Assembly (NCBI GenBank): GCA_023228765.1
Contig: JALOAM010000001.1
Coordinates: 1-59,641 of the forward strand
Source: Dehalococcoidia bacterium
GTDB taxonomy: Bacteria; Chloroflexota; Dehalococcoidia; UBA2979
Direction of reading: 5' to 3'
Length of the DNA: 59,641 nucleotides
Part shown: positions 44,413 to 53,655 of the stretch, in pieces
How the letters are laid out: each line of letters begins with the position of its first letter
Position numbering within the stretch: the stretch's first letter is position 1
Notes under the pieces: generated by a model
What the model was told of the DNA's origin: nothing
The model's input: only the letters and a program-made list of their open reading frames with translations
Database searches by the model: none
Position numbers and translations under genes: made by a program

Positions 44413-45510
44413 ATGTCAGAGACGCCTCACGAGGACCTCATCGCGCGCACCGTCGCCGCGATCCAGCCGCCCGACGCCGCCGCGGCTGCTTCCGCCGCGG
44501 CGCGGCAGGACACGCTCACCAAGCCGCCGGGGTCACTCGGGCGGTTGGAGGACCTCGCGGTCCGCATCGCCGGGATCACGCGCACGCCGCGTCCAAGGCT
44601 GGAGCGGCGGCTGATCATCGTGGCGGCGGGTGACCATGGCGTCGCCACACGTGGTGTGTCCGCGTACCCGCAGGAGGTCACCGGCCAGATGGTCGCGAAC
44701 TTCCTCCACGGGGGCGCCGCCATCAGCGTGCTCGCCGCCCACGCCGGAGCGCGCGTGCGCGTCGTGGACGCCGGCGTGATCGCCGAGACGCCCGAGGTCC
44801 CCGCGCTGCTGCGACTCCGCCTCGGCGCCGGCACCGCGGACATCGCCGAGGGACCCGCGATGAGCCACGAGGCCGCGGCCGCCGCCGTCGCGGCCGGGAT
44901 CGCCCTCCTGCAGTCCGAGCGCGCCGAGGGAGGCGTCGACATCGTCGGGCTGGGCGAGATGGGGATCGGGAACAGCACCTCTGCCGCGGCGATCATCGCC
45001 GCCGTGACGGGACGCCCGCCACGGGCGGTCACCGGGCGCGGCACCGGCGTGGACGACGTGCGGTTCGAACAGAAGATCCGCGCCGTCGAGCAGGCGCTGG
45101 AGGTGAACCGCCCCGACTCGACCGACGGCCTCGATCTGCTCCGCACCGTCGGCGGGTACGAGGTCGGCGTGCTGGCCGGGGTGTACCTGGCGGCCGCCGC
45201 GGAGGGCATCCCCGCCGTGGTCGACGGACTCATCTCGGGCGCGGCCGCCCTCGTCGCCGTGGCCCTCGCACCACAGGCCCGCGATGCCCTGATCGCCTCG
45301 CACCGCTCGGCGGAACCGGGGCATTCGACGGCGCTGGAGCACCTGCGCCTGGAGCCGATGCTGGACCTCGGGATGCGGCTCGGGGAGGGCAGCGGTGCCG
45401 CCCTCGGCATCTCGCTCTGCGTCGCCGCCTGCCGGGTGCTGGACGAGATGGCGACGTTCGACGAGGCCGGCGTCTCTGACTCCGACGACGCGGTCGAGCC
45501 CGAGTCGTAG
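44413..45510 (+). CDS. cobT: nicotinate-nucleotide--dimethylbenzimidazole phosphoribosyltransferase
   Basis: LTKPPGSLGRLEDLAVRIAG, GDHGV, GEMGIGNST, GEGSGAAL are CobT hallmarks. 365 aa. Confidence 0.93.
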   Translation: MSETPHEDLIARTVAAIQPPDAAAAASAAARQDTLTKPPGSLGRLEDLAVRIAGITRTPRPRLERRLIIVAAGDHGVATRGVSAYPQEVTGQMVANFLHGGAAISVLAAHAGARVRVVDAGVIAETPEVPALLRLRLGAGTADIAEGPAMSHEAAAAAVAAGIALLQSERAEGGVDIVGLGEMGIGNSTSAAAIIAAVTGRPPRAVTGRGTGVDDVRFEQKIRAVEQALEVNRPDSTDGLDLLRTVGGYEVGVLAGVYLAAAAEGIPAVVDGLISGAAALVAVALAPQARDALIASHRSAEPGHSTALEHLRLEPMLDLGMRLGEGSGAALGISLCVAACRVLDEMATFDEAGVSDSDDAVEPES

Positions 45511-45511
45511 C

Positions 45512-46297
45512 GTGGGGGCCGTCCGCGTCCTGGGCGGCGCGCTGATCGCGGTCGAGTTCCTCACCCCGCTGCGCCTGCGCAAGGTGCAGACCTACGACGA
45601 CCGTACCTTCGCGGAAGCGCTGGGCTGGTACCCCTTCGCCGGGCTGCTCATCGGACTGATCCTCGCGCTCCTGGACCTCGGACTGCGCGAGTTGCTCCCA
45701 CCCGGCCCCACCGCCGCGCTCCTCGTCGCCACGCTCGCGCTGCTCTCGGGTGGGCTGCACCTCGATGGCGTCGCAGACACCGCGGACGGCCTCGCGGTGC
45801 AGGGCGACCGCGCCCGGCGGCTCGGCGTCATGAGCGAGGGCAACACGGGGCCGGCGGGCGTCATGGCGCTGGTGCTCGTGCTCCTCGCACAGTGGTCGTC
45901 GCTCGCCAGCCTGCCGGAGGATGCGCGCCTCGCGGCGCTGCTGATCGCCCCCGTCATCGCGCGGTGGACGGTGGTTCCGGTGGGGCTGCTCTTTCCTCCC
46001 GCACGCCCTCGAGGCCTGGGGCACGCGATCCACGCCGGCCTGTGGCCGCTCGCCGCGCCGCTCGCGACGCTGATCGCGGTGGTGGTCGCGACCGTGACGT
46101 TCGGCCTCGCGGGGCTCGTGCTCATCGCACTCGGCGGAGTCGCGGCCGTCCTCGTCGCAGCGGCGGCGGCGCGAATGCTGGAGGGCGTCACGGGCGACGT
46201 GTTCGGAGCCGCGATCGAGATCGCGCAGGTGGTCGTCTGGTTCGCGGTGATCGCCTCGGTCGGCCGCGGCTGGGCCGCACCCCTGCTGGGGACGTAG
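45512..46297 (+). CDS. cobS: adenosylcobinamide-GDP ribazoletransferase (cobalamin synthase)
   Basis: Polytopic membrane protein. ALIAVEFLTPLRL... and LHLDGVADTADGL motif. GTG start 2 nt after the cobT stop. Confidence 0.88.
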   Translation: MGAVRVLGGALIAVEFLTPLRLRKVQTYDDRTFAEALGWYPFAGLLIGLILALLDLGLRELLPPGPTAALLVATLALLSGGLHLDGVADTADGLAVQGDRARRLGVMSEGNTGPAGVMALVLVLLAQWSSLASLPEDARLAALLIAPVIARWTVVPVGLLFPPARPRGLGHAIHAGLWPLAAPLATLIAVVVATVTFGLAGLVLIALGGVAAVLVAAAAARMLEGVTGDVFGAAIEIAQVVVWFAVIASVGRGWAAPLLGT

Positions 46298-46304
46298 GCC
46301 GAGG

Positions 46305-46883
46305 ATGGGCGCGATCTTCTTCGTCACCGGCGGTGCGCGCAGCGGCAAGTCCACCTTCGCCGAACACCTCGCCGCTCGCGCGCACGACGCTGCCGAGGGC
46401 GGATCGCCCGTCGTCTACCTCGCCACGATGCAGGCCGGCGACGACGAGCTCCGCGACCGCATCGCCCGCCACCAGTCCCGACGCCCCGAGGGCTGGACCA
46501 CCGTCGAGGAACCGCTCGCGCTGGCGCAGGCGCTCGCCGCGACGCCCCCCGACGCCTGCGTGCTGATCGACTGCCTCTCGCTGTGGGTGACGAACCGCCT
46601 GATGCAGCTCGGGACGGAGGATCCGCCACTCGCGGAGGTTGCTGCGCTGGAGGCCGCCCTCGACTCTGAAGTCGACGCCCTCCTGGCGATCGCCCGCGGC
46701 CGCGAGGGCACGACGATCACCGTGACGAACGAGGTCGGCGCGGGCCTGGTGCCCCCGTATCCCCTCGGGCGGGTGTACCGCGACGTGCTCGGGCGCGTGA
46801 ACCAGCGCGTCTCGCGCGGCGCCAACCTCGCCTGGCTGCTGGTCTCGGGACGCGCACTGGAACTGCCACCACCCGTCGAGTAG
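46305..46883 (+). CDS. cobU: bifunctional adenosylcobinamide kinase / adenosylcobinamide-phosphate guanylyltransferase
   Basis: P-loop FFVTGGARSGKSTFAE, IARHQSRRPEGWTTVEEP and VTNEVGAGLVP motifs. Confidence 0.9.
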   Translation: MGAIFFVTGGARSGKSTFAEHLAARAHDAAEGGSPVVYLATMQAGDDELRDRIARHQSRRPEGWTTVEEPLALAQALAATPPDACVLIDCLSLWVTNRLMQLGTEDPPLAEVAALEAALDSEVDALLAIARGREGTTITVTNEVGAGLVPPYPLGRVYRDVLGRVNQRVSRGANLAWLLVSGRALELPPPVE

Positions 46884-46931
46884 CGGCCATCGAGGGCGTC
46901 GCGCCCTCGAAGCGTGTGGTGCGTCGGCCGG

Positions 46932-47411
46932 CTAGTAGCCGGGCTTCGCCACCATCAGGTAGATGAAGACGACGTACAGCAGCCCGATCGCGGCACCGCC
47001 GAGGCGCGCGACCGGCGAGTTGAACGCGGCGATGAGCGCCTCGCTCGTGGTCTCGCCGCGCTGCTGTGCCTCCTGAGCTGCTGTCAGCAGCTTCCGAGCG
47101 TGGCGCGAGAGGACCCCGCCGCCGATACCCATCGCGACGAACCACGCGAGGAACGCGGCCGAAAGCCAGGCCTGCGAGAACTCGTAACCGTCCACCTCGA
47201 TCACCAGCCAGACACCCAGGACGGCGACGACGATGGCGGCGAAGGCAGTGATGCGTCCGCCCATGAGCTGCAGCTGGGCCGCCCTGGCGATCTCCGCCAC
47301 CGCGGGGCGCGGTCCGGCGGACATGACCGCAACCATGGCCGCGCCGCTGCCGAACGCCATCACTACGACGCCCAGGATGTGCCCGATGAGCAGAATGTCC
47401 CGCAAGTCCAT
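46932..47411 (-). CDS. four-TM integral membrane protein (DUF2269-like, from recall)
   Basis: 159 aa with four hydrophobic helices and N-terminus MDLRDILLIGHILGVVVMAFG. No catalytic motifs. Confidence 0.55.
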   Translation of the reverse strand: MDLRDILLIGHILGVVVMAFGSGAAMVAVMSAGPRPAVAEIARAAQLQLMGGRITAFAAIVVAVLGVWLVIEVDGYEFSQAWLSAAFLAWFVAMGIGGGVLSRHARKLLTAAQEAQQRGETTSEALIAAFNSPVARLGGAAIGLLYVVFIYLMVAKPGY

Positions 47412-47525
47412 CTCGCCGACTCCAGTCTGCGGGCGCCAGGTCGCACCCGCTCACGGGACTGTAACGCAGCAGCCCTCATCAGTTGTGTGGAACTTGAGGA
47501 GGCCGTGGGCCCTCGAACAGTGCTC

Positions 47526-48683
47526 CTAGCTGCACTTGAGCAGCAGCGGCGTCAGCTCCGGCAGGCCGGAGGGGAACAGCGCGGCCCACGACGCATTCAC
47601 GAACGCGGGGCGCCCCACCGTGTACTGCACCAGCCGCCCATCCGGCGCGCTCGCCCACATCGCGAGTTCCGGGAGCGGGCAGGCGATCGCCTGGATCAGC
47701 GTGTCCGTGCTGCCGCCGCCGAAGAGGACCATGCTGATGCCGCCGCGGAACACCTCGCCGTCCACGATCGTGCCGGTGGCGATCTGCGGCGCGGGCTCGG
47801 CCGGCGGTGGTGTCGAGCTTGCCGTGACGGTGACCAGGATATCGTCCGTGGTGATGTTTCCGCCGTCGCTCACGATCAGCCGGAACGTCATCGACGCCCC
47901 CACCTCCGAGGGCGCGACGAAGCTGACCGAGGTCCCCTGCGCGATCTGCGGCAGGACCGTCGGGCCGCTCTGCTGCGCCCAGAAGGCGCTCGCGTTCCTC
48001 GTACCCGTCGCCTGCAGCGTCACGGTCTCGCCCGGCGCCACCAGTCGGTCTGGCCCGGCGCTCACCGCGCCCGAGGCGGACGCTGCCGCGGGGCCCTCGG
48101 CGTTGGTGGAGGTGAAGCCGCGGCCCGCGTGGCCGTTGGAGTCAGTGATCGGCTCGAAGTTCACGCCCTCGATCGCGTACGCGCCGGAGAACGGCAGCGA
48201 GTCGCCGGAGGACCACGCCTCGTCGTCGCGTACGTTCAGCTGGAAGTGGATGTGCGCGACACCGTTGTTCCCGGCCTCGCCAGCCGGCGCCACCGTCCCG
48301 ATCCGCTGCCCGAGGTTCACGGGGTCGCCGCGCCGCAGACCGGACTCCGGGTAGATGTGGCACATCATCAGGTCGACCTCGGCCGTGAGGATGGAGACGC
48401 AGGTGCTGGAGGAGTAGCCAACCTCGCCCGCGACCGGCGCGAGCACCGGCGTCCCGCCGGTGTCCGAGCCGTCCGTGCGCCAGATGTCCAGCGCGAACGG
48501 GTCGACGCCCTCGTGCGTGACGGTGTTGTACCCAGCCAGCACTTCCCACTGCGTGCCAGCGGGGGCAGGGGCCTTGATGCCTGTGGTCTGGGCGGATGCG
48601 TCTCCGGCGACTACCAGGGAGACGGCCAGTACGAAGAAAGCGGCGACTCCGAGGAGCCGCGCGAACGCGGGCGCTGTCGCCAA
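47526..48683 (-). CDS. secreted M23-family metallopeptidase with C-terminal Ig/PKD-like and extra domains
   Basis: HxxxD/HxH-type motifs (...THEGVDPFALD..., NNGVAHIHFQL). TTG start at 48683, 6 nt after GGAGG, gives a clean signal peptide ending ASA-Q. The ORF-track start at 48758 is probably too long. Confidence 0.8.
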   Translation of the reverse strand: MATAPAFARLLGVAAFFVLAVSLVVAGDASAQTTGIKAPAPAGTQWEVLAGYNTVTHEGVDPFALDIWRTDGSDTGGTPVLAPVAGEVGYSSSTCVSILTAEVDLMMCHIYPESGLRRGDPVNLGQRIGTVAPAGEAGNNGVAHIHFQLNVRDDEAWSSGDSLPFSGAYAIEGVNFEPITDSNGHAGRGFTSTNAEGPAAASASGAVSAGPDRLVAPGETVTLQATGTRNASAFWAQQSGPTVLPQIAQGTSVSFVAPSEVGASMTFRLIVSDGGNITTDDILVTVTASSTPPPAEPAPQIATGTIVDGEVFRGGISMVLFGGGSTDTLIQAIACPLPELAMWASAPDGRLVQYTVGRPAFVNASWAALFPSGLPELTPLLLKCS

Positions 48684-48784
48684 AACGAACCTCCGACGTC
48701 GCCCCGCCCCTCCATAGGAACTCAAACGAGCGTGGGATTCAACCCGTTCGCCGGACAACTGAGTTGGGTGGACGCGGAGGAGAG

Positions 48785-48850
48785 GCGGAGCAGACCGTCA
48801 CCCCGCCCTCTCCCGCTCCGCGGCGAGGGGGCCGGATTCGGTATCAGAGG
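48785..48850 (+). repeat. palindromic intergenic repeat, subtype 2 variant, forward
   Basis: GCGGAGCAGACCGTCACCCCGCCCTCTCCCGCTCCGCGGCGAGGGGGCCGGATTCGGTATCAGAGG. Confidence 0.75.
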
Positions 48851-48861
48851 GCCATGGGAGA

Positions 48862-48900
48862 GGACAAACAACAGGGGAGGGGCCGAACACCCCTCCCCTG
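48862..48900 (-). terminator. intrinsic terminator downstream of htrA
   Basis: On the minus strand, CAGGGGAGGGG-TGTTCGG-CCCCTCCCCTG is followed by TTGTTTGT. It lies 23 nt after the htrA stop. Confidence 0.65.
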
Positions 48901-48922
48901 TTGGAGAGTTCCTGGCGTCCCG

Positions 48923-50026
48923 CTACGAGAGGTCCCACGGCTGGAGCGTGGCCGTCAGGGTGACCTCCTGGTCGCCGCGCATTACGACGATCTCCATCTC
49001 CTCGCCCACGTCCGCGCTGTCGATGGCGCTCGCGAGGTCCTCGAAGGTGTGGGTGGTCTCACCGTTGATCTTCACGATGACGTCGCCCTCCACGATGCCG
49101 GCGCGGGCGGCGGCGCCCTCCGGGACCACCGTGGTCATGTACAGGCCTCGCGTCTGCGTCGTGCCGAGCTCAGTGGCGGCGACTTCGTCGAGTTCGACGG
49201 GGCCGGCGATGCCGAGCTGCGGGTGCTGGATCGCCTCACCCGCGATCAGCTGCGGCAGGTAGCGCGCGGCGGTGTTGGACGGGACCGCGAAGCCGAGGCC
49301 GGCGAAGGTCTGGCCGGTGGGGTTCCGGATCGAGGTGTTGATGCCGACGACCTCGCCCGCCAGGTTGAACAACGGGCCGCCCGAGTTGCCGGGGTTCAGG
49401 GCCGCATCGGTCTGGATCACGCCCTGGATCGAGCGTCCGCCGAACGAGGGGGAGCTGCGGTTCACAGCCGAGATGATGCCCTGCGTCACCGTGAACGCCT
49501 CGTCGAACGGGTTGCCGATGGCGAACACCGCGTCGCCGACCTCGGCCTCCGCGGAGTTCCCGAGGTTCGCAGGCTGGAGCTGATCCGCGGTGAAGCCGGT
49601 CGCGCGGATGATCGCGAGGTCGTTCCCCGGGTCGGTGCCCACGACCTCCGCAAGGGAGGCGCTGCCGTCGTACAGCGTCACCTTGGCGCGGCTCAGGGCC
49701 TCCACCACGTGGTAATTGGTGAGGATGTGGCCCTCGTCGTCGATGACGATGCCGGAGCCGCTGCCCGGGCCGTCTGCGTTCTCGATGAGGACGACCGAGT
49801 TGATCACCTGCGAGACGACGCTCGAAAGGTCGCCCGCGACGATGTCCGACATGCCGGCGCTGGCGCCTGACGTCCCCTGGTTCGAGATCGGCTGCTGGGT
49901 GCCCTCGGTCGCCGCGGGAGGGCTCCCCGTGTCGTCCTCGCTGCATGCAACCGAGACGAGTCCAAACGTCAGTGCAACGGCGCCCACGAGCAGCACGCGT
50001 GGGCGAAGGAATGAGAAGCCGGTCAT
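48923..50026 (-). CDS. htrA: HtrA/DegP-family serine protease with one PDZ domain (lipoprotein-type signal)
   Basis: Catalytic triad context intact: HILTNYHVV, NDLAIIRA, GNSGGPLFN. C-terminal PDZ. ATG at 50026 behind GGAGGA. Confidence 0.9.
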   Translation of the reverse strand: MTGFSFLRPRVLLVGAVALTFGLVSVACSEDDTGSPPAATEGTQQPISNQGTSGASAGMSDIVAGDLSSVVSQVINSVVLIENADGPGSGSGIVIDDEGHILTNYHVVEALSRAKVTLYDGSASLAEVVGTDPGNDLAIIRATGFTADQLQPANLGNSAEAEVGDAVFAIGNPFDEAFTVTQGIISAVNRSSPSFGGRSIQGVIQTDAALNPGNSGGPLFNLAGEVVGINTSIRNPTGQTFAGLGFAVPSNTAARYLPQLIAGEAIQHPQLGIAGPVELDEVAATELGTTQTRGLYMTTVVPEGAAARAGIVEGDVIVKINGETTHTFEDLASAIDSADVGEEMEIVVMRGDQEVTLTATLQPWDLS

Positions 50027-50094
50027 GGAGTCCTCCGTGTGGTCTGAGACCATCGTGGAGGACGCCCGTCATACCCGCATTGCGTAAGCATGAA

Positions 50095-50109
50095 GCGGTT
50101 ACTAACCGC
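50095..50109. promoter_or_regulatory. perfect 7-1-7 palindrome GCGGTTA-C-TAACCGC upstream of htrA (candidate operator)
   Basis: Read directly. Lies 69-83 nt upstream of the htrA start in a locally AT-richer patch. No known consensus assigned. Confidence 0.3.
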
Positions 50110-50201
50110 GACGTTATGCGCACCTCTCCGGCCTTCAGCAGCAGCCCTCATCTCAGCGCGCCCTCGGAAGCCGGGCCTCCGAGGGCAGCACTCCCGTCTG
50201 T

Positions 50202-52565
50202 CTACTGGCGGGCGAGGGCCATCCGCACCTCCGCCTCGTGGTCCGTCAGCCGGTCGCCCGTCACATCCACGGCAACGCGCTCGATCTTGCCGGTGAACGC
50301 GAAGGGCGCCGAGTATCTCGGGGTGACCGTTGACCCCGAGGAGCGTCCGCACGACAGGCCGCCCTCGATACCGATGATGTTGGGCATCGTGCAGGGCAGG
50401 TCCATCGACCCGACTGGCTCCTCGTTGATGAACAGCGTCCCCGTCCCGGGCGTGCCCTTTCCGTTCGCGAGGTCAGGCGGCCCGGTGACCTCGAACTGGT
50501 AGCTGAGCAGGGCGCGTCCGCTGGGGATGGGCTGTTCGGACTCGACATGGAACTGCTGGCTGCCCACGTAGTTGTGAACGTAGTGCAGCTTCCCGTCCTG
50601 GACGAACAGCGCGTAGCCCCCGCTCGCTCCGCCGTGGGACAGGAGGATGCCCTCCGCGCCCTCGTCGGGGATCTCCACCAGGGCGGCGATCACATGCGGG
50701 CGGTTCAGCACGCGCACGGCCGAGCTCTCCGGGATCGTCTGGGTGCCCGGGAAGTAGGTGTAGCGTGTCCTCGCCTCGGTAAGTTGGGGCCGCTCCGTCG
50801 AGAGCCGGCTCGTGGTCGAGCCATCGATCGGCAGGACCTGGTACTTCCCGGCCTCCACGTACCAGAGTGAGATCAGCTCCTGGACGACATCCGGCCGCTC
50901 ACCCGCCAGGTTATGCACCTCGGCGGGGTCGTCCGTGACGCGGTACAGCTCCCACCCGTCGAGGTCGCGCTCTCGCAGCCGCTCGATCGTGAGGTCCTGG
51001 CCGAAGGCGTAGCCCAGGCCAGTGGCCTCCGTGAAGCTCGGCCCGGGGTACGGACAGACCGCCCGCCAGCCGTCGTGGTAGATCGACCGGTGGCCGAACA
51101 TCTCGAAGTACTGGGTCGGCCTCGGAGCCGGCGCCGCCGCGTCGTCCAGCGTCGACCCGAAGCTCGCCCCTTCGATCGGCGCCTGAGTCACCCCGTGGAT
51201 CTCGGCGGGTGGCTCAATGTCGAGCAGGTCGAGGACGGTGGGCACCATGTCGATCGCGTGTACGAACTGGTCCCGCAGCTCGCCTCGCGCCTGGATGCCG
51301 TCCGGCCAGTGGACGATGAACGGGTCGCTGATGCCGCCGCGGTACGTCTCGCGCTTCCAGCGCCGGAACGGCGTATCGCCCGCCCAGGTCCATCCCCACG
51401 GGTAGTGGTTGAAGTAGTGCGGCCCGCCGAGGTCATCGAGCGCGGCGAGGTTCTCCTCCGGCGACTCGGGCACATTATTGAAGAACTTGTTCTCGTTCAC
51501 GGATCCGGTCGGGCCGCCCTCGGCGCTGGCGCCGTTGTCCGAGATGACCATCAGCAGCGTGTTATCCAGCTGGCCGATGTCCTCCAGGAAGTGGATGAAC
51601 CGCCCGAGGTGGTGGTCCGTGTGCTCGAGGAAGCCCGCGAAGACCTCCATCATGCGCGCGTACACGCGCCGCTCATCGTCCGTGAGCGATTCCCACTCGG
51701 GGACATCGGGGTCATGGGGCGAGAGCTCGGTGTCCGCCGGCAGCACCCCGAGTTCCTTCTGCCGCGCGAAGACCTCCTCGCGGTAGGCGTCCCATCCCGC
51801 GTCGAACCGGCCCCGGTACTTGTCGGCCCACTCGGTCGGGACGTGGTGCGGGGCATGCATCGCACCCGGGGCGAGGTAGAGGAAGAACGGCTTGTCCGGC
51901 GCCACCTGCTTCGAGTCCGCGACGAAGGCGATGCTCCGGTCCACGAGGTCCTCGGTGAGGTGGTAGCCCTCCTCCGGTGTCTTCGGCGGATCGACCTGGT
52001 GCATGTCGTGAACCAGCGCCGGGTAGTACTGGTGCGTGTCACCGCCGAGGAACCCGTAATACCGCTCGAAGCCACGGCCAGTCGGCCAGCGGTCGTACGG
52101 ACCGGCGGCGCTCATCTGTTCGGCGGGCGTCAGGTGCCACTTCCCCACGGCGTAGGTGTTGTACCCGCGCTGCGAGAGGATCTCGCTGAGGAAGCCGTGC
52201 TCGAACGGGATGTTGCAGTCGTACCCGGGAAAGCCCGTCGAGATCTCCATGATCCCGGCCACGTGGTTGCTGTGGTGGTTCCGCCCCGTGAGGATGCACG
52301 ACCGCGTGGGCGAGCAGAGTGCCGTCGTGTGCATGTTCCGATAGCGCAGCCCGTCCTGCGCCAGCCGGTCGAGGTTGGGCGTGCGGATCGGCGAGCCATA
52401 ACAACCGAGCTGCCCGTAGCCGGTGTCGTCCAGGACGATGAACACCACGTTGGGACTGTCCTCGGGCGCGCGTCGCGGCTCCGGCCAGGCCGGGCTCGAC
52501 TCTTCGGTGGTCCGTCCGATCGTGAAGGGAAAACTGCTTCCCTGTGGGTACTCGGTCAGGGGCAT
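50202..52565 (-). CDS. Cys-type arylsulfatase (large, about 790-aa form)
   Basis: FIVLDDTGYGQLGCYG and the formylglycine motif LCSPTRSCILTGR. ISDNGAS and GKWHL blocks. Start at 52565 behind AGGAGA. Confidence 0.9.
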   Translation of the reverse strand: MPLTEYPQGSSFPFTIGRTTEESSPAWPEPRRAPEDSPNVVFIVLDDTGYGQLGCYGSPIRTPNLDRLAQDGLRYRNMHTTALCSPTRSCILTGRNHHSNHVAGIMEISTGFPGYDCNIPFEHGFLSEILSQRGYNTYAVGKWHLTPAEQMSAAGPYDRWPTGRGFERYYGFLGGDTHQYYPALVHDMHQVDPPKTPEEGYHLTEDLVDRSIAFVADSKQVAPDKPFFLYLAPGAMHAPHHVPTEWADKYRGRFDAGWDAYREEVFARQKELGVLPADTELSPHDPDVPEWESLTDDERRVYARMMEVFAGFLEHTDHHLGRFIHFLEDIGQLDNTLLMVISDNGASAEGGPTGSVNENKFFNNVPESPEENLAALDDLGGPHYFNHYPWGWTWAGDTPFRRWKRETYRGGISDPFIVHWPDGIQARGELRDQFVHAIDMVPTVLDLLDIEPPAEIHGVTQAPIEGASFGSTLDDAAAPAPRPTQYFEMFGHRSIYHDGWRAVCPYPGPSFTEATGLGYAFGQDLTIERLRERDLDGWELYRVTDDPAEVHNLAGERPDVVQELISLWYVEAGKYQVLPIDGSTTSRLSTERPQLTEARTRYTYFPGTQTIPESSAVRVLNRPHVIAALVEIPDEGAEGILLSHGGASGGYALFVQDGKLHYVHNYVGSQQFHVESEQPIPSGRALLSYQFEVTGPPDLANGKGTPGTGTLFINEEPVGSMDLPCTMPNIIGIEGGLSCGRSSGSTVTPRYSAPFAFTGKIERVAVDVTGDRLTDHEAEVRMALARQ

Positions 52566-52596
52566 GGCGCACTCTCCTAGGAGCGAGTTCGAGGTC

Positions 52597-52631
52597 GTAA
52601 GAAGCACCACGCGGAGCCGATGGGCTCCGCG
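52597..52631 (-). terminator. terminator-like hairpin downstream of the enoyl-CoA hydratase gene
   Basis: On the minus strand, CGCGGAGCC-CATC-GGCTCCGCG is followed by TGGTGCTTCTT. Confidence 0.45.
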
Positions 52632-52712
52632 TCGGTGCGACCGAACCTAGGAACGCTTCTACTCAGAGCACGCTCAGCCAAGCCTCAGCCCGGATCGAGC
52701 ACGGGCGCGAGT

Positions 52713-53531
52713 TCAGCGCCCCTGGAAGTCCGGCTTCCGCTTCTCGCGGAACGCCGCCGGCCCCTCCAGCGAGTCCTCCGTCGACTGCACGATGGTCATC
52801 GCGGCCTGCGCGGCCTCCAGCGCCTCCGGGAACGAGAGGTCCAGCGAGCGGTACGTGAGGCGCTTCATGAGCTGGATCGCGACGGGCGGGCCGTCCACCA
52901 GCTGCTGCACGTAGGCGCGGGTCTCCTCCATCAGGGAGTCGTGTGGCACCACCTTCAGCAGGTAGCCCATCTCCAGCGCCGTCAGAGCATCAAAGATCTC
53001 GCCCCGCCACATCAGGTCGAGCGCACGCTGCAGGCCCACCAGCCGGGGCAGGAGCCACGCCCCGCCGTCGCCGGGGACCAGGCCGACGTTCACGTAGGAC
53101 ATCCCGAACCGCGCGAGGTCCGAGGAAATGCGGATGTCCGCCATCGACGCCATGTCCATGCCAGCGCCCACCGCCGCGCCGTTGATCGCGGCGATGTAGG
53201 GCTTGTCCAGGTACTGGAGCGCCTGGGGGACACGGTGCACTGAGTAACGCAGTGAGTTACGCCGCTCACCCGCGTTCCGGCCCTGCATCAGGACCGTGTC
53301 CTCCTCCGCGCTCGCCCGGAGGTCGGCGCCTGCGCAGAAGGCGCGGCCCGCGCCGGTGATGATCACGGCGCGCACGCCCTCGTCCTCCGCGGCGCGGCGG
53401 ATGGCGTCCTCCCACTCGTGCAGGAGCGCGTCACTGAAGGAGTTCATGCGCTCGGGCCGGTTGAGCGTGATGGTCGCGATCCGGTCCGACACGTCGTACA
53501 GGATGGCTTCGTAGTCCGCCTGCTGGGTCAT
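52713..53531 (-). CDS. enoyl-CoA hydratase/isomerase (crotonase) family protein
   Basis: ITLNRPERMNSF, ITGAGRAFCAGADL, AAINGAAVGAGMDMA. 272 aa from the ATG at 53531 (GGAGGA RBS). The upstream part of ORF 52713-53912 is rejected. Confidence 0.9.
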   Translation of the reverse strand: MTQQADYEAILYDVSDRIATITLNRPERMNSFSDALLHEWEDAIRRAAEDEGVRAVIITGAGRAFCAGADLRASAEEDTVLMQGRNAGERRNSLRYSVHRVPQALQYLDKPYIAAINGAAVGAGMDMASMADIRISSDLARFGMSYVNVGLVPGDGGAWLLPRLVGLQRALDLMWRGEIFDALTALEMGYLLKVVPHDSLMEETRAYVQQLVDGPPVAIQLMKRLTYRSLDLSFPEALEAAQAAMTIVQSTEDSLEGPAAFREKRKPDFQGR

Positions 53532-53655
53532 TGCGAATTCCTCCGGGAGAACGAGATCGCGAGCGCCAGCGGAGTCTACCGCGCCTGTCAGGGAGTGCTC
53601 CCTACCGAGGAAGTCGCTGGATTCCTTCCAGACACGGCGGTACGGTTGCACGTCG

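Noticed and set aside
50161-50185. 8-bp hairpin CCCTCGGA-AGCCGGGCC-TCCGAGGG downstream of the sulfatase stop.
   Set aside because: There is no T/U tract on either strand, so I did not call it an intrinsic terminator. It may still act as a Rho-dependent or RNA-stability element.
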